Below the pieces are notes generated by a model, which worked only from the letters and a program-made list of their open reading frames with translations, was not told the origin of the DNA and ran no database searches. Below are positions 6,918 through 15,739 of a stretch of DNA of 15,861 nt, in pieces. A program made the position numbers and the translations under genes. Source of the stretch: Candidatus Cloacimonadota bacterium (lineage in GTDB: Bacteria; Cloacimonadota; Cloacimonadia; Cloacimonadales; WRIO01); assembly GCA_029564175.1 (NCBI GenBank), contig JAKQQL010000085.1:1-15861 (forward strand), written 5' to 3'. Numbering within the stretch: the first letter of the stretch is position 1; each line of letters starts with the position of its first letter.

Positions 6918-6953
6918 ATTCCCCTCCGTGGAGGGGAATTTATTTTACTTTTT
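6918..6953 (+). terminator. Rho-independent terminator after the nitroreductase
   Basis: ATTCCCCTC-CGTG-GAGGGGAAT (6918-6939) followed by a T-rich tract. Confidence 0.75.
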
Positions 6954-7160
6954 CGTACTACTAGCAACTTGCTTGTAGAAATAACTGATAAACGGGTAGC
7001 TTACGTTACGACTACTGACGAACGGCGCTTCGCTTCGTTCATCCCTGATGATACTTATTTTTCGCAAGCTGGTAGCTTACGTTACGTCTACGGACGAACA
7101 GCGCTTCGCTTCGTTCATCCCTGGTGATACTTTTTTTCGCAAGCTGGTAGCTTACGTTAC
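6954..7160. repeat. BIME-like mosaic of REP families B, A and C between convergent genes
   Basis: Family B 6954-6978; half A 6995-7009; C 7015-7046; A 7063-7085; C 7091-7122; A 7138-7160. Period is 76 then 75 bp. Confidence 0.9.
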
Positions 7161-7163
7161 TGA

Positions 7164-8759
7164 TTAAAACTTGAATTCAGCGCTGGTCAGAATATAATGT
7201 CTTTCTGATTCGAGCTGTTTTTTATACTGATATTCAGCATTGAGAGTTAGTTCCTGAGTGAGTCTCAGAATAAATTCTGATTTGAATACTTCAAAACGGG
7301 TGATATCGTCTCTCAAAAATTGAACAACTCCACCATTAAAAGGTGAATTTGCCAGACTTCCCTGTTGAACATTTTCATAAATGAATGTCCAATTGAACCA
7401 TGAATGATTTAGACGAATCCTACCTGCAAAGCTTAAAAAATTAGAGCCCCATTCACTACCCAGATATTTTGTATCATTGGTGTATGTCAGGGTCTTTGAC
7501 TTGTGAGAGTAGCAACCAGGTCCGACTGCAGTAGCCTCAGCGCCAGTTTCAAGTGGTATTGAGGGAGCCTGGTATTTCATACCACCTTGAAAAGCCAGAT
7601 AATTCATTACGTGTTTTGACATAATTCTGTCTTTTTTTAAGTCATCTGCATAGAAATTGCCATAGAAGCTAAGCCCTTGCATGGCTCTCAGATTACCATA
7701 TCCAAAAAGAATGCCATTATCACGCCCGTGGTTTTTGTTATCCATAATTTTGTAGATAGCTAAAGGTGACATATAACCGAGATTGATTGTATTATCACCA
7801 TAAACGATTGCATTACCTACTCCAAGAGTCAACCATGAATTTGTGTAAGAAAGTGTTTGCAACGCATAAGATTTGCTTTCATATTCCGTATCATTCTTCA
7901 AGCTGTCTGGTATCAGCTGAGTGGCAAAGCCTGTATATGTAAAATCACCGACTTTTTTATAGTATTTTACGTAACCATAAGGAGTTGTTGCTGGATTTAG
8001 TATTATCGGAGAAGTGATCGAGTAACCCACTTTCATTGTGCCATAGCCCATTGAAAAATTTAAATAGTTGTTTTTAAAATCAAGTTCTGAAACCATATCA
8101 ACTTGTGAATACCAGTCTTCTTCATTATAAAAGTTATCTCCCATGATTGACAGATCTGGGTTTTCTTCGATAAAATCAGCATTGCCAGTATAACCCCCTT
8201 TTTTAAAGAAAATGTAATAACCAAAATCTTTATGAAAGTTTCCACCGCTTTCAACCCCATAATATTTTCTTCTGCGGGTATAATCATTATTATCTTCATG
8301 TTTTAAATCATATTTATATCCAAGCATACCCGAAATAAAAAGAGAAGTCTCTTCAGCAATAGCACCGCTTTGTCTCATTTTAATACTGTTATTTTCTCCG
8401 TAGGTAAAGAGTCTTTTTGGTTTTGGATGATTTGTGAAACTTGAAAAAAACTCAGAAGGAATCTCTTTTATTGGAGTTAAGGCCGTATCAAAGCCATTTT
8501 TATTGAGTAAACCAAGCCTGTTTAAATGTTTAACAGCCTGATTTTGATAGTAGCCAGCTGTTCTATCCTTTGAAACAATGGTTAACTGATTGATAATTTC
8601 CTGATAGTACACAGGTGTGATACTCAGGTCAATATTGGTAAAGCCAAGTGAATTGGTCATTTCTAAAAAAGGATAGACATGATCTTCTCTTGGAATGATA
8701 AAATCTGCACTCAAACTGATGCTGATAAATAATAGACATAATACGATTAATTTTTTCAT
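7164..8759 (-). CDS. Outer-membrane beta-barrel protein, capsule-assembly Wzi-like
   Basis: Start moved to ATG 8759 (MKKLIVLCLLFISISLSA signal, AGGTGA RBS). N-terminal helical segment (VYPFLE...TPVYYQEI), motifs GRDNGILFG, FYGNFYADDL, YLGSEWGSN, and a terminal Phe strand YILTSAEFKF. Confidence 0.7.
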   Translation of the reverse strand: MKKLIVLCLLFISISLSADFIIPREDHVYPFLEMTNSLGFTNIDLSITPVYYQEIINQLTIVSKDRTAGYYQNQAVKHLNRLGLLNKNGFDTALTPIKEIPSEFFSSFTNHPKPKRLFTYGENNSIKMRQSGAIAEETSLFISGMLGYKYDLKHEDNNDYTRRRKYYGVESGGNFHKDFGYYIFFKKGGYTGNADFIEENPDLSIMGDNFYNEEDWYSQVDMVSELDFKNNYLNFSMGYGTMKVGYSITSPIILNPATTPYGYVKYYKKVGDFTYTGFATQLIPDSLKNDTEYESKSYALQTLSYTNSWLTLGVGNAIVYGDNTINLGYMSPLAIYKIMDNKNHGRDNGILFGYGNLRAMQGLSFYGNFYADDLKKDRIMSKHVMNYLAFQGGMKYQAPSIPLETGAEATAVGPGCYSHKSKTLTYTNDTKYLGSEWGSNFLSFAGRIRLNHSWFNWTFIYENVQQGSLANSPFNGGVVQFLRDDITRFEVFKSEFILRLTQELTLNAEYQYKKQLESERHYILTSAEFKF

Positions 8760-8969
8760 TTTGTCACCTGTATGTTTTTTATCTTTTAGCAAGAGTTTTA
8801 TTTAAAAGGTATATTTGTCAAATAAAATTTGGTTTTCTTTTAATATTATTGTTTTTTGGAGCGATTTTTACATATTTCTTTATTTAAATCCTGAAATATC
8901 AAGAATCACTTGACGGCTTTGTAGATTATTATATTAAGGAATAATCAAAAATAAAAAAGGAGTGAAAAT

Positions 8970-10961
8970 ATGCAAAAGTATATTATGATATGCCTCATTA
9001 TCCTGATATGCCTGCCTGTTTTTGCAGAGATAAAAGATCCTGATATAGAATACTGCTCATACGCAACAACAGCAGATGGGGCAGTCGTTGGTTATTACGG
9101 TGAAAAAGCCCGAGTGGAAGTAAGTCAGATCAATCAGATTTCAAGATATGTAATAAATGCATTAATTTCTACTGAAGACAGAGATTTCTACAAGCATGAC
9201 GGCGTATCAATGAAAGGTCTTGGCAGAGCAGTCGCTAAAACCATGACCGGAAGTGTACAGGGTGGCAGTACTATTACCATGCAGTTGGCACGTAATTTAT
9301 TCTTAACTCAGGAAAAAACGATCAGCCGAAAATTAACAGAAATGAAGATAGCCAGGGAACTGGAAGAGAAATATACCAAAAATCAGATTTTACTCATGTA
9401 TTTAAATACGGTCTATTATGGTAATTCGGCTTATGGAATATGGGCTGCTTCTCAAGAATATTTTTCAAAATCACCAGATAAACTTAATATTCATGAAAGT
9501 GCATTAATTATCGGAATACTCAATGCACCTGTTGCTTATGATCCGGTAAAACATGCTGATAAGGCATTAGCCAGAAGAAATATCGTTTTGGCTAATATGC
9601 TAAACGAAGGATATATCAGTCGTTCTGATTATAATCATGCAAAGAAACAAGGATTAGGGCTTGTTATGCGTGAAAAAACGAGTGGTTTCTTTTTGGAATA
9701 TGTCAGATTGGAAGCTAACAGATTGTTAAAAAGATTTGGGAAAAATCTGAGTAACGATATTTTTATTGTTGAAACGACACTGGACTCCAGAGCTCAACGA
9801 GCAGCAGGTAATGCGATGAGAACCTACTGGAAAGAATTTCCAAAAAGTATGCAAACAGCACAGATGGGCTTAATTTCACTAGATGTAAATGATGGAGCAA
9901 TACGAGCGATGCTTGGAGGTAATCCAAATGCCTTACATAGAGGGCTGAACAGAGCAACTCAGATAAAACGTCAGCCAGGTTCATCATTTAAGCCGATGTT
10001 ATATGGGTATCTGCTGAGAAGTGGATATAACCTTGCAACTCCTTTGAAAAATATGCCTATTGTTATAGATTCAGGTGGTGTGGATGAGTGGCGTCCGAGA
10101 AATGAGGATAAATCAACTTCTCCTTACGTTTCAATGCAATATGCGATTCAACATTCTGTGAATCTGGCTGCAGCATACGCAGTTACTGAATTGACGAATG
10201 CCGATTCAGTCGCTTCTTTTGCAAAAACCTGCGGTATTGAATCTGAATTGTTAGCTTATCCTTCATTGGCTTTAGGCACCAGTGATGTTTCACCTCTTGA
10301 AATGGCAACAGCCTATTCAGTATTTGCTTCTGGAGGTTACTTAAATAAACCATGGGCAATCGTCTCTATAAAAGATAAAAGTGGAAGAGTATATTACAGA
10401 GGAGGGACATCCAGAGAGCAAGTACTGGACGAAGATACTGCCTATTTAATGACTTATGCTTTACAACAAGTGGTTAACCATGGTACCGGATATGCTGTCA
10501 GACGATACTATAGAGGGCAGACTGCGGGAAAAACAGGCACCACTTCAAATTCTGTTGATGCATGGTTTGTTGGATATAATAGTGAGTTATCTACTGCCAT
10601 TTGGGTAGGAAACGATACTGCCAGTAAAAGATTAAATGCTTCATTTGGATATGGGGGAACTGCTTGTGCGCCTATGTTTGGTATGATGTATCAGGAGTTG
10701 GCAAAGAATCATTATCCAGGTATGAATAAGGGGTTTACTAAACCTGAAACAGTCCAGGAAGCAGAGTTTTGTTTAGAAACTGGAATGCTGGCTACTGAAA
10801 ACTGTACTCAGAAAGTAAAACTGCCCTTTAATTCTCACTATATGCCAGAGTATTGTTCCAAGCATTTATTAGAGTACATAGAGGATGCAATGACAAATAC
10901 AGATGTAGATGATAAACATGATACAGAAGAGTCAGATGATTTGGATAATAAGCAGGAGTAA
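8970..10961 (+). CDS. Class A penicillin-binding protein (PBP1A family; GT51 transglycosylase plus transpeptidase)
   Basis: GT motifs EDRDFYKHDG, GGSTITMQL, RKLTE, YLNTVYYG; TP motifs SSFK, SVN, KTGT; C-terminal Cys cluster and acidic tail. Confidence 0.96.
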   Translation: MQKYIMICLIILICLPVFAEIKDPDIEYCSYATTADGAVVGYYGEKARVEVSQINQISRYVINALISTEDRDFYKHDGVSMKGLGRAVAKTMTGSVQGGSTITMQLARNLFLTQEKTISRKLTEMKIARELEEKYTKNQILLMYLNTVYYGNSAYGIWAASQEYFSKSPDKLNIHESALIIGILNAPVAYDPVKHADKALARRNIVLANMLNEGYISRSDYNHAKKQGLGLVMREKTSGFFLEYVRLEANRLLKRFGKNLSNDIFIVETTLDSRAQRAAGNAMRTYWKEFPKSMQTAQMGLISLDVNDGAIRAMLGGNPNALHRGLNRATQIKRQPGSSFKPMLYGYLLRSGYNLATPLKNMPIVIDSGGVDEWRPRNEDKSTSPYVSMQYAIQHSVNLAAAYAVTELTNADSVASFAKTCGIESELLAYPSLALGTSDVSPLEMATAYSVFASGGYLNKPWAIVSIKDKSGRVYYRGGTSREQVLDEDTAYLMTYALQQVVNHGTGYAVRRYYRGQTAGKTGTTSNSVDAWFVGYNSELSTAIWVGNDTASKRLNASFGYGGTACAPMFGMMYQELAKNHYPGMNKGFTKPETVQEAEFCLETGMLATENCTQKVKLPFNSHYMPEYCSKHLLEYIEDAMTNTDVDDKHDTEESDDLDNKQE

Positions 10962-10963
10962 AT

Positions 10964-11365
10964 ATGTCAGAACCTGTATTTAAAAACTGTTTTGTATGTG
11001 GACAAGATAATCCGATTGGTTTAAAATTAAATTTTCAGTACAATGAAAATACTGCATGGTGTTTTTGGGAGACGCATTCAGATTATGAGGGTTATCCTGG
11101 AATCATTCACGGTGGTATAATCAGTACATTACTGGACGAAGTGATGGCAAAAACCATTCTTTCAGGAGGTCAGACAGCAGTAACGACTGAGCTGAATATC
11201 AAATATAAAAAACCCGCTCTTGTGAATAAAAAATACAAAGTAACAGGTACAATCCTTTATCAAAAAAAAAGAATGATAGAATGTTCAGCAATCATGAGTG
11301 AAGCAGATGATGATAAACATATTATTGCTGAGGCAAAAGCAACTTACTGGAAGATAGATAAATAA
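10964..11365 (+). CDS. PaaI-family hotdog-fold thioesterase
   Basis: CFVCGQDNPIGL, EGYPGIIHGGIISTLLDE, TTELNIKYKKP; starts 2 nt after the PBP stop. Confidence 0.92.
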   Translation: MSEPVFKNCFVCGQDNPIGLKLNFQYNENTAWCFWETHSDYEGYPGIIHGGIISTLLDEVMAKTILSGGQTAVTTELNIKYKKPALVNKKYKVTGTILYQKKRMIECSAIMSEADDDKHIIAEAKATYWKIDK

Positions 11366-11420
11366 GACAATATCATATCTGATATTTTAATACGAATTCT
11401 CTCTCAATAAAAAATAAAAC

Positions 11421-11450
11421 TTGACAATAAAGTCCTTCATATGATATTTC
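11421..11450 (+). promoter_or_regulatory. Putative promoter of the MCE operon
   Basis: Perfect TTGACA (11421-11426) and an imperfect -10 region TGATATTTC (11442-11450). Confidence 0.45.
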
Positions 11451-11483
11451 AGACTTGAGATACTAGAAACGTATCGCTTAAAT

Positions 11484-11506
11484 GCTAAGTTGATAGCTTG
11501 CGTTAC
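11484..11506. repeat. Degenerate copy of palindrome family A in the mlaD leader
   Basis: GCTAAGTTGATAGCTTGCGTTAC matches CGCAAGCTGGTAGCTTACGTTAC at 17/23 positions, with the 3' half nearly intact. Confidence 0.45.
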
Positions 11507-11531
11507 ATAATAACTGTCAAAGTGAGGGACT

Positions 11532-12500
11532 ATGGTAAGCAAAGCCCAAAAAATACGACTGGGAATCTTTTTATTAACCGGACTGATATGTTTATTAGTA
11601 CTACTGGTATTAATTGCTGGCAGTAAAATGATGGAAAAAAGAGACCGATACTATATTCTATATGATAATACGTCAGTCAATGGTTTACAGATTGGTGGCC
11701 AAGTCATGTATAATGGTATCAGAATTGGCCGGATTGAAGATATACAAATTGACAGAAAAGATGTTACCCGCGTGATTGTTGATTTTACAGTCAGACAAGG
11801 CACTCCAATTAAAGAAAACACTGAAGCAACACTGGTTGCTGTTGGTATTACTGGGCTAAAGCAGATCGAACTGACAGGTGGAACAAATGATGCAAAAACG
11901 ATTGAACCAGGCTCTTATGTAAAACCTGGCAAATCCCTATTTGATAATATTAGTGACAAAGCCGAGTCTATTGCAAATAAAGTCGATGTGGTATTAAGCA
12001 ATGTCATCGAAATAACCAGTAAAGAAAATCAGAACAATTTAAAAGCGACACTGGCCAATCTGAAAAAGATTTCTGAAGAAGTAAAACAACCAATCAATAA
12101 TTCACTGACTAACGTAGAATCACTTACTTATGAATTGGCTAAAACAGTTATGCAGGCAAATCAGATATTACAACGCGTCTCAGAAATAGTAGAAAATGAT
12201 AAAATAGAAAAAACAATAAGCAATCTCGAAAAAACAAGTAGTAATTTATCTAAGATTGATACGAAAAAGATAGAAAATGAATTCTTTGAAACCAGTAAAA
12301 AACTGAATGAAACTGTCTCTAAAGCGAATATTCTGATGAATAGAATTGATGCTCTCGTTCAGAAAAACTCACCTGATATAAACGCTTCAATTGAAACATT
12401 GAGAGAAACACTTGAGAATTTGAATGAATTTTCAAGACAAATATCTGATGACCCAAGTATCTTGATTAATTTTGGTTCTAAAAAACAAAGCAATCCGTAA
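11532..12500 (+). CDS. mlaD: MCE-domain (MlaD family) protein with long C-terminal helical region
   Basis: N-terminal TM anchor; MCE motifs SVNGLQIGGQVMYNGIRIGRIEDI and GITGLKQIELTGG; ~185-aa helical region ending LNEFSRQISDDPSILI (PqiB-like tip). Confidence 0.9.
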   Translation: MVSKAQKIRLGIFLLTGLICLLVLLVLIAGSKMMEKRDRYYILYDNTSVNGLQIGGQVMYNGIRIGRIEDIQIDRKDVTRVIVDFTVRQGTPIKENTEATLVAVGITGLKQIELTGGTNDAKTIEPGSYVKPGKSLFDNISDKAESIANKVDVVLSNVIEITSKENQNNLKATLANLKKISEEVKQPINNSLTNVESLTYELAKTVMQANQILQRVSEIVENDKIEKTISNLEKTSSNLSKIDTKKIENEFFETSKKLNETVSKANILMNRIDALVQKNSPDINASIETLRETLENLNEFSRQISDDPSILINFGSKKQSNP

Positions 12501-12515
12501 GAAGAGGGGAAAAAT

Positions 12516-14633
12516 ATGAATAAGAAATATTTGCTAATTTGTCTGGTACTTGTACTTGTTATATTGAGTGCCTGTTCTTCAGCTGTTATTCAAACAAAAA
12601 AATACTATATCCTTGAATATAAACCCGTTAAGGAAAATAACGACTTAAAACAGAAAAAGCCTCTAAACTATGCTGTTCGTGTATTGGATGCTGAAATGCC
12701 AAGGATTTATGATAGAAAACAAATCGTGATCAAAAGTTCTGATAATATGATTGAATATGATTACAATAACCTTTGGGCAGATCGGTTAAATCCAAATATT
12801 TCCAATCTGATATTAACCCGACTGATGCGATATAATGTTTTTAAACAGGTATTTACGGACTTTCAGCAAAAAGCTGATTATGAAGTTGTTACTAAGGTCA
12901 ATACAATTGAGTTTATTGACTATCAAAGCAAATGGGCTGCTCATTTAAATCTGGAGATTTATTTACGAAGAACGTCTGATAATCAATTTGTACTCAGACA
13001 TTTTTCTGATAAGAATATTGAGCTGTATGACAAACGAATTGAACATTATGTTCAGACGATTAACGATATGATTATGGACGAAACAGACAGATTTATTGAA
13101 AAAACCTTAAAAAAACTAAACAGTAATGGAAATGGTAAATCAAATGGGTTGAGACCAACTGATTTTATGACTGAGACAGATAGTCTTGCTAGTGAAACAG
13201 ACAGTTCCTATGTTGAAATGGATAATGATGATACTGATTTCAGTAGTTTAGGTACTTTGTTTGTACCTGTCAAAACAGACCCTGATCATGAACCTTCTTA
13301 TTCAATTTATAATGAATATGGGAAGTTAATTGAAACTGCTATGATGGGTCAAGATGTTTTATTGGAACCAGGCAAGTATCAGCTAAAGATGGGTACAAAT
13401 GAAAAAATAGAGAAAACGGTTGAAGTGCTTCCCAGATATAAACATGTGGTAAAACCTGAATGGGGCTGGTTAACAGTCAATGTGGTAGATGAAAACCGAG
13501 ATGAAATGGATATACGATATGAGTTGTTTGATTTGGCTTCAACAGAATCTTATGGATTTGGAATTGGTATCAAAGAAGGTCTTGGTCAAAAACTTCAAGC
13601 CTGGGTATTACCTGCAGGATTCTATAAAGTGGTTTTAAACAACTATCCTTTTAATACTTATACAGACTTTGCAACGATTGAAGTGAAAGAAGGCATTTTA
13701 GAACAGATGACAGTTGTTGTGGACTCTGAAACCAAACGAATGTTAGGTGCAGGTAAGATGTTGCTGGATGATTTGTTTGCAAAGAGTAATTTGAAGAATA
13801 ACTTACTTTTACATTTTAATGCGAATGTCAATTTTAAAAATGATGTAGAGAAAAATAAATTTGATTTTTCATCTGTTTTCAATGTTCAGGGAGATCATAA
13901 ATTGATTTATGATGCTGAACCATATTATTTTTCAATGAAAACCCTTATTGAACAGGGTGTTACAAAGTCTTCGGGTGTAGATATGAATTTTTCTATGGAT
14001 AAAGTAGATGTTAAAAATACATTTGTCTATACATTGATAAAATTCTTTGGTTTGTATGCACGACAGGATCTTAATACTCATCTATGGCCAGAAAATCTGA
14101 TTGAAAAAGATGAGAAAAAATATATCATGATTGATATTGATAATAATGCTGATACTTTGATGACAAAAAAACTTCAGGTAAAGTCTTCATTTTACCCATT
14201 AGTCAGTAAAACAGGAGCTGGATTTAACTTCCGTGTCAATAATAATTTAAGTTTTAGAACAGGGGTTGGTTTAAGGCATGATGTGAACAAAGATTATTAT
14301 ATTTTTGATAGTCAGCAAGGAGATTATTATGTTTATAAAGAGACTAAGTCTGTAAGACAAACAGGTGTCGAAGCCTCTCTCTATGGTAATATCCCAATTC
14401 CATTATTATTTACAGATTCAAAACTCAGCTGGACAACTAATTTTGATTTGCTCAAACCAATTGATAACGATTCAAAAGTGAATATCGATTGGGAAAATAC
14501 TTTTAATTTGCCTATCTATAAGAATATATCTCTGGATTACAGACTCAACATGAATTACAATGAAGATGTAAAAGATTATGTCGTTTTTGACAGTGCTGCT
14601 TTTATCCGTTTTACGATGATCATATCAAGATAG
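12516..14633 (+). CDS. Lipoprotein fusion: PqiC/ABC_trans_aux-like domain, two beta-sandwich repeats and DUF3078-like beta-barrel
   Basis: Lipobox LSAC (Cys20); KYYIL, YDRKQIV, YDYNNLWAD (PqiC-like); repeats GTLFV..LEPGKY and GWLTV..LPAGFY; barrel-type motifs MDKVDV, SSFYP..GAGF, TGVE, IDWENTFNL..ISLDY. Confidence 0.72.
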   Translation: MNKKYLLICLVLVLVILSACSSAVIQTKKYYILEYKPVKENNDLKQKKPLNYAVRVLDAEMPRIYDRKQIVIKSSDNMIEYDYNNLWADRLNPNISNLILTRLMRYNVFKQVFTDFQQKADYEVVTKVNTIEFIDYQSKWAAHLNLEIYLRRTSDNQFVLRHFSDKNIELYDKRIEHYVQTINDMIMDETDRFIEKTLKKLNSNGNGKSNGLRPTDFMTETDSLASETDSSYVEMDNDDTDFSSLGTLFVPVKTDPDHEPSYSIYNEYGKLIETAMMGQDVLLEPGKYQLKMGTNEKIEKTVEVLPRYKHVVKPEWGWLTVNVVDENRDEMDIRYELFDLASTESYGFGIGIKEGLGQKLQAWVLPAGFYKVVLNNYPFNTYTDFATIEVKEGILEQMTVVVDSETKRMLGAGKMLLDDLFAKSNLKNNLLLHFNANVNFKNDVEKNKFDFSSVFNVQGDHKLIYDAEPYYFSMKTLIEQGVTKSSGVDMNFSMDKVDVKNTFVYTLIKFFGLYARQDLNTHLWPENLIEKDEKKYIMIDIDNNADTLMTKKLQVKSSFYPLVSKTGAGFNFRVNNNLSFRTGVGLRHDVNKDYYIFDSQQGDYYVYKETKSVRQTGVEASLYGNIPIPLLFTDSKLSWTTNFDLLKPIDNDSKVNIDWENTFNLPIYKNISLDYRLNMNYNEDVKDYVVFDSAAFIRFTMIISR

Positions 14634-14644
14634 GTGATTATTGA

Positions 14645-15721
14645 ATGGCAGAATACCAGATTCAAGATAAAGTATTGTTGATTGAAGGGCAACTGAATAA
14701 AGTAAGTGTTGCAAAATTATATTCTCAAATTTTAAAAGATAAACATTTTAAAGAGATTGATTATATCTCTTTAAAAAAACTGGAAGAAATTGACAGTGCC
14801 GGTGTGGCAATGCTGGATGAATTGATTCTGAAACTTCCTCATCCGGTACCAGTAAGAGATATGTCTGAAATCGTGAAAGATACGATTAGTGTTTTTGAAT
14901 CACGAAGTCTTCCTGAAAACCCCAAACCTAAAAAAGCAGGTATTTTTGAAGCGACTGGTTCTGCTGTTATCAACTTTTCAAAAGAGTTGTTTGAAATGCT
15001 GGTCTTAACTTCTGATATTGTGTACTGGTCAATAGTCGGTATCTGGAATAAAAGGGGACAGAGAAAAGGCAGTCTGATACAACAGGGCGTTTTAATTGGT
15101 GTTGATGCTTTACCGATTGTGGCATTGCTTTCTTTTATTATCGGTTTCATTATTTCTTTACAGTCTGCAACCCAACTAAAGCAGTTTGGGGCAAATATAT
15201 TTCTTGCCAATCTAATCGCAATTAGTATGGTAAGAGAACTCGGTCCTCTGGTAACTGCTATTATTGTCGCTGGTAGAAGTGGTTCTGCTATTGCTTCTGA
15301 GATCGCCACAATGAAGGTAACGGAAGAAATAGATGCATTAAAGATGATGGCTTTAAACCCAATACGTTATGTGGTTGTACCAAAATTTCATGCCGTTACA
15401 TTTTGTATGCCTTTATTGGTATTGTTTTCAATATTGATAGGCATTTTTGGTGGTATGTTAATAGGAATTTATTATCTGGATTTGAGCTTAGTGGCCTTTT
15501 TAAATGCCTGTCTGGAAGTAACGGCTTTAAAAGATATTGTGATATCTATGGCAAAAAGTATTGTATTTGCCTGGCAGATTGTTATTGTGGGCAGTCATTA
15601 TGGTTTTCAGGTAACAGGTGGAGCAGAAGGTGTTGGTAAGGCAACGACAATAGCCGTTGTAATCTCGATATTCTCAGTGATTGTAATGGATGCACTTTTT
15701 AGTTTATTCTATATGATTTAA
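14645..15721 (+). CDS. mlaE: MlaE-family ABC permease with N-terminal STAS (MlaB-like) domain
   Basis: STAS motif LKKLEEIDSAGVAML; MlaE motifs RELGPLVTAIIVAGRSGSAIASEIATMKVTEEIDAL and GGAEGVGKATT. Confidence 0.94.
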   Translation: MAEYQIQDKVLLIEGQLNKVSVAKLYSQILKDKHFKEIDYISLKKLEEIDSAGVAMLDELILKLPHPVPVRDMSEIVKDTISVFESRSLPENPKPKKAGIFEATGSAVINFSKELFEMLVLTSDIVYWSIVGIWNKRGQRKGSLIQQGVLIGVDALPIVALLSFIIGFIISLQSATQLKQFGANIFLANLIAISMVRELGPLVTAIIVAGRSGSAIASEIATMKVTEEIDALKMMALNPIRYVVVPKFHAVTFCMPLLVLFSILIGIFGGMLIGIYYLDLSLVAFLNACLEVTALKDIVISMAKSIVFAWQIVIVGSHYGFQVTGGAEGVGKATTIAVVISIFSVIVMDALFSLFYMI

Positions 15722-15739
15722 ACAGATAAAGGTTCGAAA

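Noticed and set aside
6915..7127. 70-aa ORF
   Set aside because: TTG start without RBS; lies wholly over the terminator and palindromic repeats.
6995..7160. Second CRISPR array or integron attC sites
   Set aside because: The 'spacers' are near-identical palindromes, there are no cassette ORFs between units, and no integrase is in the window.
8793..8938. Divergent promoters between the Wzi-like gene and the PBP (TTGACA 8821-8816 minus; TTGACG 8910-8915 plus)
   Set aside because: The -35 hexamers are good but no convincing -10 lies at 16-18 bp spacing, so they were not called.
14645..14900. STAS-MlaE fusion as a novelty
   Set aside because: This fusion is a well-known, widespread MlaE architecture.
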